Notes under the pieces: generated by a model
Database searches by the model: none
Told to the model about the DNA's origin: nothing
What the model saw: the letters and a program-made list of their open reading frames with translations, nothing else
DNA from: a virus
Lineage: Duplodnaviria > Caudoviricetes
Reading direction: 5' to 3' (one strand)
Virus record (IMG/VR): IMGVR_UViG_3300015360_000043
Coordinates: 774 to 64,773 of that record
Length of the DNA stretch: 64,000 nucleotides
Shown: piece after piece, positions 56,756 through 64,000 of the stretch
Layout of the letters: the number at the start of each line of letters is the position of its first letter
Position numbering within the stretch: position 1 is the stretch's first letter
Position numbers and translations under genes: made by a program

Positions 56756-57235
56756 TTAGTTGAATTTTGGTTTAGCCGGGGTAGTTGTGGCTCCGCCGTC
56801 TATTTTTTGCTCTTTTCGAATGTTTTCGATCATGTCCGGCGGCATCGCCGGGATGTTGAGCCGTGGCTCGTTGTTCGCCAACGAGAGCACGCCCTTGGCG
56901 CTCGCCCAGAAGTAATACTCGGCGAGCAGCTTCAGCACCTTGCGGACGTTGGCTTGGCTCACCTCCAAGTCTTGCGTCTTGGGGAAGCCTACTGAGAGCT
57001 GGGGCAACGCGAGCGCGTAGTTCTCGCTGTTCAGCTCCCCGATCGGGATAGTCAGGTCCGCGAGCCCCAATGGCCGCGCCCCGCTTTTTTTTAGCTCATC
57101 AGCGACCGCTTTTGCGGAATCGCCCGCGAGGTTCCGCAGGTTGACCGGAGTCATCCCCGCGTAGCGGAGGCCGGTGTTGACCGCGACGTTGGCGGCGGTG
57201 ATGCCTATTTTCTTCAGTATGCTTTTGAATCCCAA
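56756..57235 (-). CDS. hypothetical protein with an amphipathic N-terminus
   Basis: AGGAGA RBS with TTG start; GFKSILKKIG. Confidence 0.65.
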   Translation of the reverse strand: MGFKSILKKIGITAANVAVNTGLRYAGMTPVNLRNLAGDSAKAVADELKKSGARPLGLADLTIPIGELNSENYALALPQLSVGFPKTQDLEVSQANVRKVLKLLAEYYFWASAKGVLSLANNEPRLNIPAMPPDMIENIRKEQKIDGGATTTPAKPKFN

Positions 57236-57349
57236 TTTGGTTCTCCTATGTCAGTGTTCATTGCCTCCAATGTGGCGGCGGGGTCATCCTATCGCCTAGC
57301 CAGTAGGTGTACCACCTACAGCGAAAGTATCTAAGGATCGACGTGAGGG

Positions 57350-57823
57350 TCATCTCTTGCTGGGGCTGGGGTAGAAGGAGTCGGTGTAGACGTATTTCCG
57401 GGTCGTGTTGTTGTAAATCGCCGGTCGAGGCGGGATACTCTCCAGCAGGCTCCGAGCTGACCCATGGCCTTGGGAGTGGCCGGTGATGGTGGCCCCGCCT
57501 GGGATGTCGCCGGAGACGGTCACGGTGACCGACGTGAGGTCGATACGGAGAGAGAACACGTGCTCCATGACTGCCAGGGCGAGCTGCTCGCAGGAGATAG
57601 AGATCTTGGGGATGCCGGCCAGGATTGGTCGGATCTTGTCAAGCTGCCCGTTGTCTATCACGAAACCATTCGCATCAAGGGGCCCTTTGGCGGTGATGCT
57701 AATGGTTACTTCGTCGGAATCCCGTGTCCCACAATGGTAGATGTATTTCTCGGACTCGTCGTACTTCAACGGCACGACGAGGGTCCGGGAAAAGGACGTT
57801 TCAAACTTCAGGTACGCTTCCAT
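57350..57823 (-). CDS. QueD/PTPS-like T-fold protein (degenerate)
   Basis: VTISITAKGPLDANGFVIDN, SCEQLA, VTVTVS; no CxxxHGH motif. Confidence 0.55.
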   Translation of the reverse strand: MEAYLKFETSFSRTLVVPLKYDESEKYIYHCGTRDSDEVTISITAKGPLDANGFVIDNGQLDKIRPILAGIPKISISCEQLALAVMEHVFSLRIDLTSVTVTVSGDIPGGATITGHSQGHGSARSLLESIPPRPAIYNNTTRKYVYTDSFYPSPSKR

Positions 57824-57850
57824 AATGGTTTCCTTGAGGGGTTGAGGGGC

Positions 57851-58057
57851 CTAGGCGGCCTCTAGTTGAGGTCTATCCTTGTCGGTGTTGGATGCGCCGT
57901 TCTCATACGGCAGGGAGTCGTCAGGAACCCACACCCAAGCGGCCACGTAGGCCCCTCGAGAGGGGCCCCGCGACACCCGAGCGAGAGGGTCGATTTCCAG
58001 CTTGCCTTCGGACGCGAAGAGCGCCCGGGCTCGTTTTCTGTAGGCAGGATCGTTCAT
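57851..58057 (-). CDS. hypothetical protein
   Basis: EGKLEID...GAYVAAWVWV. Confidence 0.65.
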   Translation of the reverse strand: MNDPAYRKRARALFASEGKLEIDPLARVSRGPSRGAYVAAWVWVPDDSLPYENGASNTDKDRPQLEAA

Positions 58058-58416
58058 TGTGGGTAGATGAACGCCTGATTGATGCCGATGTTCTCGAAGT
58101 AGACGACCTCGACGAGGACGTTTTCTTGGTTGAACTTGTTGTTGAGGAATTTGGCGACTTTCTCTGGCACGTCGGGGTCTTGATCCACGGTGAAGACCGT
58201 GAAGATGTTCACCCGCTCTTGGACGATCAGCTTACTTTTCGGATTTTGCCAGGATCCGGTGCCGCGACTCACCGTTACCCCGCCGAACTCAAACGTCAAG
58301 TCCGTCAACGCCTCCTCGGTCATGACCTTGGCGTCGTAGTCGTCAATGCGACTCAACTCCCGGTCATACCCAATTCCGACGGTGACCGTGACTTTCATTC
58401 CTAATCGTTGGCCCAT
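58054..58416 (-). CDS. PII-like protein (DUF3574 / phage SAM-lyase-like)
   Basis: FGGVT...GSW...E...VAKFLNNKFNQENVLV. Confidence 0.6.
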   Translation of the reverse strand: MGQRLGMKVTVTVGIGYDRELSRIDDYDAKVMTEEALTDLTFEFGGVTVSRGTGSWQNPKSKLIVQERVNIFTVFTVDQDPDVPEKVAKFLNNKFNQENVLVEVVYFENIGINQAFIYPQ

Positions 58417-58658
58417 TAGGCGGCCTCCTCTTGGGCGAGCGCGTCTTGCAAGATGCCCGCGGTGGCGTCGCTCTTCGGGACCCGGGGGAAGTCGGCGACA
58501 AGGGCTTCCACGGTGTACTCACCGCGGAGCAACCGCAGCTTCTGCTCCTTGGTCGCCGTCGTGTGGAAGTTCCGGGGGCTGTCATAGCCGAGCCCGGCTT
58601 CCTGTTCTTTCCCGGTCAAAATGCTCTCGGGCTCTAGTAATGCAGTAGAGTTTCTCAT
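58416..58658 (-). CDS. hypothetical protein
   Basis: AGGAGA RBS. Confidence 0.6.
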   Translation of the reverse strand: MRNSTALLEPESILTGKEQEAGLGYDSPRNFHTTATKEQKLRLLRGEYTVEALVADFPRVPKSDATAGILQDALAQEEAA

Positions 58659-58746
58659 GGTGTCAATATCTCCTAGTAGGCAGCTTGCCTGCTACCTCCC
58701 CTAGGACTTGGGAGTCCTAAGAGAGTAAGCACGAAAGCGCCGGCGC

Positions 58747-58809
58747 TTATTCGTTGGGGGTTTCGTCGTCGTAGTCCGGCGGCGAATGACAATAGCTGTC
58801 GTTTCTCAT
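58747..58809 (-). CDS. 20-aa micro-ORF MRNDSYCHSPPDYDDETPNE
   Basis: perfect GAGGAGGT RBS 7 nt upstream of the ATG. Confidence 0.45.
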   Translation of the reverse strand: MRNDSYCHSPPDYDDETPNE

Positions 58810-58853
58810 GAATTTTAACCTCCTCTTAAAATTGTACTGCTCGGCCAATGTGG

Positions 58854-59474
58854 TCAGATGGAATGCTTGCGCTTCCAGGTGACCCATGTGATAGCTTGCA
58901 ATTGATGCGGCTTGAGGCCGACGGTGGCGGCAGCGGCCACGTAGGCGGCGACCATTTCACTGTATCGTTGCTCTGTCAATCTAACCATACCATGTGTCGT
59001 GAAGCGCCACAAGTGCGCTACAGAGTACGCATGGGCGTCAATCGTGACAATACCAGCCGTCCTAGGATGCTGGATGTTGTGGGCGAAGGCGCTGACCTTC
59101 GGCCCTTTCAGGATCTGTTTAAACGGTTCGCTTTTGCGGTCGGCGGCGATGATCGCTTTGGCCTTTTTCAGGTTAGCCTTGTAGCAGCGGTACGGACCCC
59201 GCTTGCCCAGGACGGCCATTTCTGCGTCCCGCATGTTATCCTCCCACCTGGAATTAGGTGACAGGGCCGCGATGACGTGGCAGACCGCCGGGACGCTAAC
59301 CCGGCCTATCAGGGCCAACCTATGCGCCATCCGGTTCGCGTTCCAATACCAGCAGGTGCCGAATTTTACCTCTAGCGCGTGAGCCTGCCGGTAAACCGTC
59401 AAGATATTTTCAGCCGCTTCTTCCGTGCAGCACCAAGGAGGTGCGCCCGGCTCGAACAGACGCTGGGGAGTCAT
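58854..59474 (-). CDS. conserved phage protein, HhH-glycosylase-like (DUF7178-type)
   Basis: WY..A, IAALSP...W..N, GPKVSAF..NI, VTIDAH, QLQAITW. Confidence 0.7.
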   Translation of the reverse strand: MTPQRLFEPGAPPWCCTEEAAENILTVYRQAHALEVKFGTCWYWNANRMAHRLALIGRVSVPAVCHVIAALSPNSRWEDNMRDAEMAVLGKRGPYRCYKANLKKAKAIIAADRKSEPFKQILKGPKVSAFAHNIQHPRTAGIVTIDAHAYSVAHLWRFTTHGMVRLTEQRYSEMVAAYVAAAATVGLKPHQLQAITWVTWKRKHSI

Positions 59475-59728
59475 TTTGCAAAGTTGAGAACCCGGGTAAT
59501 CTTTTCTTGCAGCTCGCGCAATTCCTCTATGCTAAAAGCAATTTGAATAGGGTCGCTTTTGCCGATGCGCTTCGAGTTCACGAAGAATAGGATATCAAAG
59601 CCCTTGGGGATCTCTTCGGTCTGGCCGACGAAAGGTACTACTATCGCCAGCTTATGGGCTTGAAAATATCCGTTTTTACCCTTAGATTGGAATTGCTTTT
59701 TAGAGCTCAAGTCTATCTCATATACCAT
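59471..59728 (-). CDS. hypothetical protein
   Basis: GAGGT RBS. Confidence 0.6.
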   Translation of the reverse strand: MVYEIDLSSKKQFQSKGKNGYFQAHKLAIVVPFVGQTEEIPKGFDILFFVNSKRIGKSDPIQIAFSIEELRELQEKITRVLNFAK

Positions 59729-59784
59729 AAGTCACCTCAGCTAGGCCCCCAACTAAAGGGGCCTAATCAGGAGACTAAAATATG

Positions 59785-60339
59785 CTAGTCCAGAGCGATA
59801 CCGAGTAGGAGATCGGCCCAGCTAGTCAGCGGGATCACCCGCATGGTCTGTACGGGCATAAAATGCCCTCGCACCTGCAAGTATGCCACTGTGGCTACTA
59901 CCTCCGTCAGGTAGACGGCGATATGGCTCAACGGCACCCGGCCAGACTGGTAGTCCTTTAGGGCTACAGCCAATTCCTCCTTGGGACTAAATCCCTCGCC
60001 GTGGGCCAGATGCCCCAGGTCGTGGAACACCCGGCCCACTTGGTTCAACGATAAGGGATCGTCGGGACCGAAGAAGTGGTGCCCGCTTGCGTTGGCCAGA
60101 TAATGAAAGGCAGACAGGCTTGAGTCGTCTGGGTTTACCGGATAGACCCCTGCTGTGAACTGCTCTCGCATTTCATCCAAGGAGAGCTCCGCCGGCTCCC
60201 TGACAAACCGTCCTGGTGGCCGACCTTCCAGAGCGCCAACCAAGGCACTATCCAACCAGTTGCCGTACTGTAGGTACGCTGGCGGATTAAGTATCCCTTC
60301 ATCTTCATACAGGTCGTAAACCTGCTGCCATAGAGTCAT
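59785..60339 (-). CDS. putative metal-binding protein with an HDxxH motif
   Basis: N...RVFHDLGH...GFSPKEE...TEV; GAGGTG RBS. Confidence 0.6.
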   Translation of the reverse strand: MTLWQQVYDLYEDEGILNPPAYLQYGNWLDSALVGALEGRPPGRFVREPAELSLDEMREQFTAGVYPVNPDDSSLSAFHYLANASGHHFFGPDDPLSLNQVGRVFHDLGHLAHGEGFSPKEELAVALKDYQSGRVPLSHIAVYLTEVVATVAYLQVRGHFMPVQTMRVIPLTSWADLLLGIALD

Positions 60340-60391
60340 GATAATCACCTCATCGGTAACCCCGGTGCTATTAAGGGTTACCATCAGGAGA

Positions 60392-60922
60392 CTATTCGGT
60401 ATAGAACGGCACGGCGGGGAGCTCATGCTCCAAGTACCACTCGAAGTACTTAATCGCGAGCCCTTTCCGTCGAGCCCTCGCTTCTAAATTACGCTCAGGA
60501 TCCGTGGTTGAAAAAAGCAGTCCGGCCTGTTCATAATCTTTGGAGATCCTCCGGTTCAGCCACCGATGGGAGAAGAATATCTCCGCACTATGGCCCCACG
60601 TAAGATGCGGGATGTCCAGTAGCTTGCAGGCCTCCTGCTCCACTCCCTGGTTGTCCTGCTCCCCGTTGAGAGGATGTCCCAACTCCAGAACCGCATGGCC
60701 GCCGAAGCAGCACACGGTACCGCATGAGGTATCCGTATAAAGGCTTGACGGGATTTCGCGAGTGTAGCAGACGAAAGCAGATTCCATCTCTGACTTCGGA
60801 CCGAGTATGCGAATCCAACTACCCATGTCAAACTTATCAGGCGGACAGGCCTTGATCCTGTCGATTACTCGACGCCATTTTCTATTGCGGTCCTTATGCC
60901 GCGTCGTCACTACAGGTCCCAT
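60392..60922 (-). CDS. hypothetical protein, paralogue A
   Basis: FDMGSW...CGTVCCFGGHA; GGAGGT RBS. Confidence 0.75.
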   Translation of the reverse strand: MGPVVTTRHKDRNRKWRRVIDRIKACPPDKFDMGSWIRILGPKSEMESAFVCYTREIPSSLYTDTSCGTVCCFGGHAVLELGHPLNGEQDNQGVEQEACKLLDIPHLTWGHSAEIFFSHRWLNRRISKDYEQAGLLFSTTDPERNLEARARRKGLAIKYFEWYLEHELPAVPFYTE

Positions 60923-61607
60923 GTCAAATACCTCCATCAGGGCCCTCTGGTTACCCAAAGGGCTCGGTTGAGATACTTGAAGCCTATGCGTATTCGCCGA
61001 AGAACGGCGCATCAGGCAACCAGTACTGCATATACCACTCGAAGTAGCGAATCGCTATTTCTTTGCGCTTGATTTCCAGCGATTTGTTGAATTTGTTGTC
61101 GTACTTCGTCATCAAAGACGAATTTTGCGAGTACTCTTGGCGCATTCGTTCGTTCCTCCACCGATGGGAGTAGAACACAGTGCCCGCGTAGTCCGACCCT
61201 TGCGAGATGTCCAGCAGGCTACAGGCCTCTTTTTCGATGGACTTGTAATCCTCTAGGTAAGCATCGGCAGCGAACCAGGGGGACAGAGGAGCTACAGGGG
61301 ATCCCAAGGCCAAGATCGCGTGGCCGCCAAAACAACACACCCCGCCGCAAGTCGTCCCCTCATAGTACTCCAGGGGAATATCTCGGGTATAGGTGACGGA
61401 GAAGTCTTCAACATCTACCACAATGGCGGGCACCCTAATCCAGGTGCTCATATTGAACTTCTCCGGCGGACACGCCCGGATCCTGTCAATCACGCGCTCC
61501 CACTTGTTAAGCCTTGCGACCAAGCGCACGGTGTGGGCAATCTCAGTTTTCATGTCAAATACCTCCATCAGAGCCCTCTATGAATAAAGGGCTCGGTTGA
61601 GATACTT
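60920..61607. repeat. ~57-bp intergenic direct repeat (60920-60978 and 61551-61607)
   Basis: catgtcaaatacctccatcag(g/a)gccctct...aaagggctcggttgagatactt occurs twice, differing mainly in the hairpin loop. Confidence 0.9.
60984..61553 (-). CDS. hypothetical protein, paralogue B
   Basis: FNMSTW...CGGVCCFGGHA; collinear with paralogue A. Confidence 0.75.
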   Translation of the reverse strand: MKTEIAHTVRLVARLNKWERVIDRIRACPPEKFNMSTWIRVPAIVVDVEDFSVTYTRDIPLEYYEGTTCGGVCCFGGHAILALGSPVAPLSPWFAADAYLEDYKSIEKEACSLLDISQGSDYAGTVFYSHRWRNERMRQEYSQNSSLMTKYDNKFNKSLEIKRKEIAIRYFEWYMQYWLPDAPFFGEYA

Positions 61608-61953
61608 AGGGGTATCGGTACCAAAGCCGGGCCTTTTGGCCGGCGTACTCCACCAGCTTTCCCAGAATCCCTCCTGAGGTCCCGATACCGAACGCATCGG
61701 GGGTGAAGACCACGTTCGAGGCGGCTCCCCAATAGAACCAACTCCCGGACGTATGACCGGGCGAAGGCTCGAATTGGATCCCGTTGTACTGCGCCCGTTT
61801 TACCTCACGGATCAGCCCTTCGGGTGACTCAATCGCCTTCCTCAAGGTAGGATCCGGCCATGGTTCACCTACGAGGAACAAGCTGAGCTTGACCCCGGGG
61901 ACCAGAAATCGTTTCAATTCGGCCAAATTCTGTGGCCGCTCATTTTCAGGCAT
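61606..61953 (-). CDS. hypothetical protein
   Basis: GGAGGT RBS. Confidence 0.65.
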   Translation of the reverse strand: MPENERPQNLAELKRFLVPGVKLSLFLVGEPWPDPTLRKAIESPEGLIREVKRAQYNGIQFEPSPGHTSGSWFYWGAASNVVFTPDAFGIGTSGGILGKLVEYAGQKARLWYRYP

Positions 61954-61999
61954 GGAATAACCTCCAGCTCGATCCCTTGTTAGAAGGATCGAAAGTAGG

Positions 62000-62464
62000 T
62001 TACTGCACGGGCTCGAAGTCGTAGTTCGAGATAATGGCCCAATCCGGCGGCGCGGGCAAGATATCCGGGTATTGAAGCATCAGACGTCTCAACTCCCTGA
62101 TATACTCCGCCCACGCCTTGTACTTCGTCACGTGGTCGTTTATCGCCCCCGCCGCGTTATCATGAGCGGTGATCAACCTATGAATCAGGTCCGCATCATC
62201 CGCGCTATGCGAGTCTTCTAGCGTCTGCTCTGAGATCACTTTCAAGATCTCTTTCCAGTGAGACCCGGCTCCTGAATCCCAGGCCGGGTCATACAGCTCC
62301 TCGGAGATAGCGTAACCGAAGTTACACTTTCTCCCATCGGAGGTATGATAGATGCACCGGAAATCGGACCCTGTTCCCCGAAAGGATAGCGTCCGGGCTC
62401 TCAGATTCGAGGTCGCGCCTTGCCATACGGCTTCGCGAACCTCTGCGAGCGAGTTATGTTGCAT
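62000..62464 (-). CDS. hypothetical protein with a C.Y...DG.KC motif
   Basis: CIYHTSDGRKCNFG...AHD; GGAGGT RBS. Confidence 0.7.
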   Translation of the reverse strand: MQHNSLAEVREAVWQGATSNLRARTLSFRGTGSDFRCIYHTSDGRKCNFGYAISEELYDPAWDSGAGSHWKEILKVISEQTLEDSHSADDADLIHRLITAHDNAAGAINDHVTKYKAWAEYIRELRRLMLQYPDILPAPPDWAIISNYDFEPVQ

Positions 62465-62511
62465 AATAACCTCCATCCTTGACCCTTCGTTACTAAGGTC
62501 AAGGACGCAAG

Positions 62512-62739
62512 TTACTCCGTGGTGGTTTGGGGCAACTGCACCATGATCGAGCGGCGCAACTTCGAGTAGTAAATCTTTACCTCGCCTACGTCTGCATTGA
62601 GCAGGTTCGCCCGGTTGACCGGCTTACCGTCCCATTTTGACGAGGTATCGGCGACTCGGAATTCTTTGTTCGCCTCAAAGTCGGCCAATAGCGCCGATTT
62701 CTTCTTATAATCCTTTCCAATGGCCGGAATGATTGTCAT
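62512..62739 (-). CDS. hypothetical protein
   Basis: PAIGKDYK...ADFEANKEF; GGAGA RBS. Confidence 0.65.
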   Translation of the reverse strand: MTIIPAIGKDYKKKSALLADFEANKEFRVADTSSKWDGKPVNRANLLNADVGEVKIYYSKLRRSIMVQLPQTTTE

Positions 62740-62846
62740 GTTATCAATGTCTCCAATCGAAGCCCCTCGTATAGCCCCCGAAGGGGGCCCTATGTAGCCC
62801 CGAAGGGGGCCCTATGAAGGACTTCTCAGGAATCACTGGCGAATAA

Positions 62847-62921
62847 TGGTAGCCTTGACGGGAGTCGAACCCGCGCCCCCACCTCGAAAGGGTGGTGTCC
62901 TAACCGTTAGACCACAAGGCT
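62847..62921 (-). tRNA. tRNA-Glu(TTC) with encoded CCA
   Basis: AGCCTTG/CAAGGCT acceptor stem, CCACC-CTTTCGA-GGTGG anticodon arm, GGTTCGACTCC T arm, ACCA end. Confidence 0.93.
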
Positions 62922-62932
62922 GTGGGGAGAAT

Positions 62933-63193
62933 TTAGATGAACCCGAAGGGCGAGACCTTCAGGGGTTCCTGTTGGTCGTACTCGGATTCGGCTGCCGCCT
63001 CTAGCACGCTTTCATACCAGCGTAATGGAGTGCCGTCGGGCTCCGTTGGGATGGCTCCGCAATAGGCTCCCGGGCTCCAGGGCGGCCATATGGCAAACGT
63101 GCCATCGGCCATGCTTTGTTTCATGAGTTTTGCTTCCGCTAACCCGTATGCCCGGCCTTCTCTTTCGGCCTGTTCGAACAATGCTACTGTCAT
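62933..63193 (-). CDS. first early protein, paralogue of 50880-51170
   Basis: GAGGT RBS; GAYCG motif. Confidence 0.7.
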   Translation of the reverse strand: MTVALFEQAEREGRAYGLAEAKLMKQSMADGTFAIWPPWSPGAYCGAIPTEPDGTPLRWYESVLEAAAESEYDQQEPLKVSPFGFI

Positions 63194-63735
63194 ATAGTTA
63201 CCTCAATTACCAGTCCTATTTAAAGACCAGCTACTCAAGCAACTAATCATTTCGAGCAGCCCCCGAAGGGGGCCCTTTGTGGGGGCGTTCCTATTCACCT
63301 TTCCGCGAATCCGGTTAAGCCGGGCCGCTCGAATTAGACATCGGGGACTGCTCAAGACGTTCCTATGCCGGGGCTAACCATAACCATGTGCCCGGCGAAC
63401 ATTACACTCTGTGCAATTTACAGAGAAATCAAGGGACCGTGTTATCGGTCGCAATCGGATCAATGATAGATATTATGTTCCTATTCGGTATAGCCTAGTC
63501 CCTTGGGACAACTAACCCTTCAAGTCTCAATTACTATCACGGTCGCAATCGCTTGCATACTCTAATTGTTACTATCAAGTCAATGATAGTCTCAATCGAG
63601 CCCTTATAGCAGTACGGTTAGTCGCGCTGAAGCATACGCCTTGCTATTATTTTGGCTATGGTCACCGATTAGCCTATTCGGTTATGAGCGTATATCGTAA
63701 GGAACGCGATATATGTTGTTTGTCCGACTGAGAAC

Positions 63736-63765
63736 ATTATACCATCTGCTACTAGTTGCCGTCAA
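63736..63765 (-). promoter_or_regulatory. strong early promoter 2
   Basis: TTGACG-18 nt-TATAAT with an extended -10 TG. Confidence 0.85.
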
Positions 63766-63865
63766 CTATGTGACAAACCGCTAAAGTCTCAAGTGTCAGG
63801 CTACCGGAACATCACTAGGCGAGACATCCGTCTAGCTCGTTTCTGGTATTCGGTCACGTGAAAAC

Positions 63866-63895
63866 ATTATACCGCGGTACCCATCAAACCGTCAA
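63866..63895 (-). promoter_or_regulatory. strong early promoter 1
   Basis: TTGACG-18 nt-TATAAT; shares the upstream CGGTTTGTC with promoter 2. Confidence 0.85.
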
Positions 63896-63951
63896 TGTTG
63901 CGACAAACCGTGTGACAATCCCGCGATAGACTGCCAGAGGTAACGCCCGCT

Positions 63952-64000
63952 CACCCGCGCATACACGCGCATACACGCGCATACACGCGCATACACGCGC
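63952..64000. repeat. 10-bp tandem repeat ATACACGCGC running off the window end
   Basis: four perfect copies plus one degenerate copy. Confidence 0.9.

Noticed and set aside
57250-57345. Hammerhead or other self-cleaving ribozyme in the intergenic hairpin
   Set aside because: A long bulged stem is present but the CUGANGA core is absent; more likely another processing hairpin
62847-62921. tRNA as a prophage attachment site
   Set aside because: No integrase, no duplicated tRNA 3' end and no host genes flanking it

Overview
This window looks like a near-complete (~64 kb) genome of a tailed dsDNA phage with podovirus-type morphogenesis genes. No integrase or repressor is recognisable. It has two arms that converge on a bidirectional terminator at ~31.8 kb. 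The + strand arm (0.9-31.8 kb) carries a cassette of HExxH zincin proteins, a tail/appendage module, a JAB/MPN protease, terminase large subunit, portal, scaffold, N4-gp56-like major capsid, two adaptor paralogues, nozzle and large ejection proteins. The - strand arm (63.9 to 31.8 kb) starts at strong sigma70-type promoters and runs through many small early genes separated by long hairpins, followed by replication and nucleic-acid genes: PolA with His762, a UDG-like protein, a RepA-type helicase, a Sak4-like ATPase and a Cas4-like nuclease. It also holds a dispersed RNA-repair set (Rnl5-type ligase, Pnkp, a tRNA-nucleotidyltransferase-like protein, two tRNA genes). The most notable observations are: a circularly permuted Cas4/RecB-type nuclease; a stand-alone JAB protease coupled to terL; three tandem zincins; a SAM-lyase-like early protein; several apparent pseudo-enzymes; a promoter firing into an iteron-like repeat field; a pseudoknot-like leader on the putative SSB gene; and a frameshifted ejection gene. 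All family assignments come from motif recognition by eye. No database search was run.
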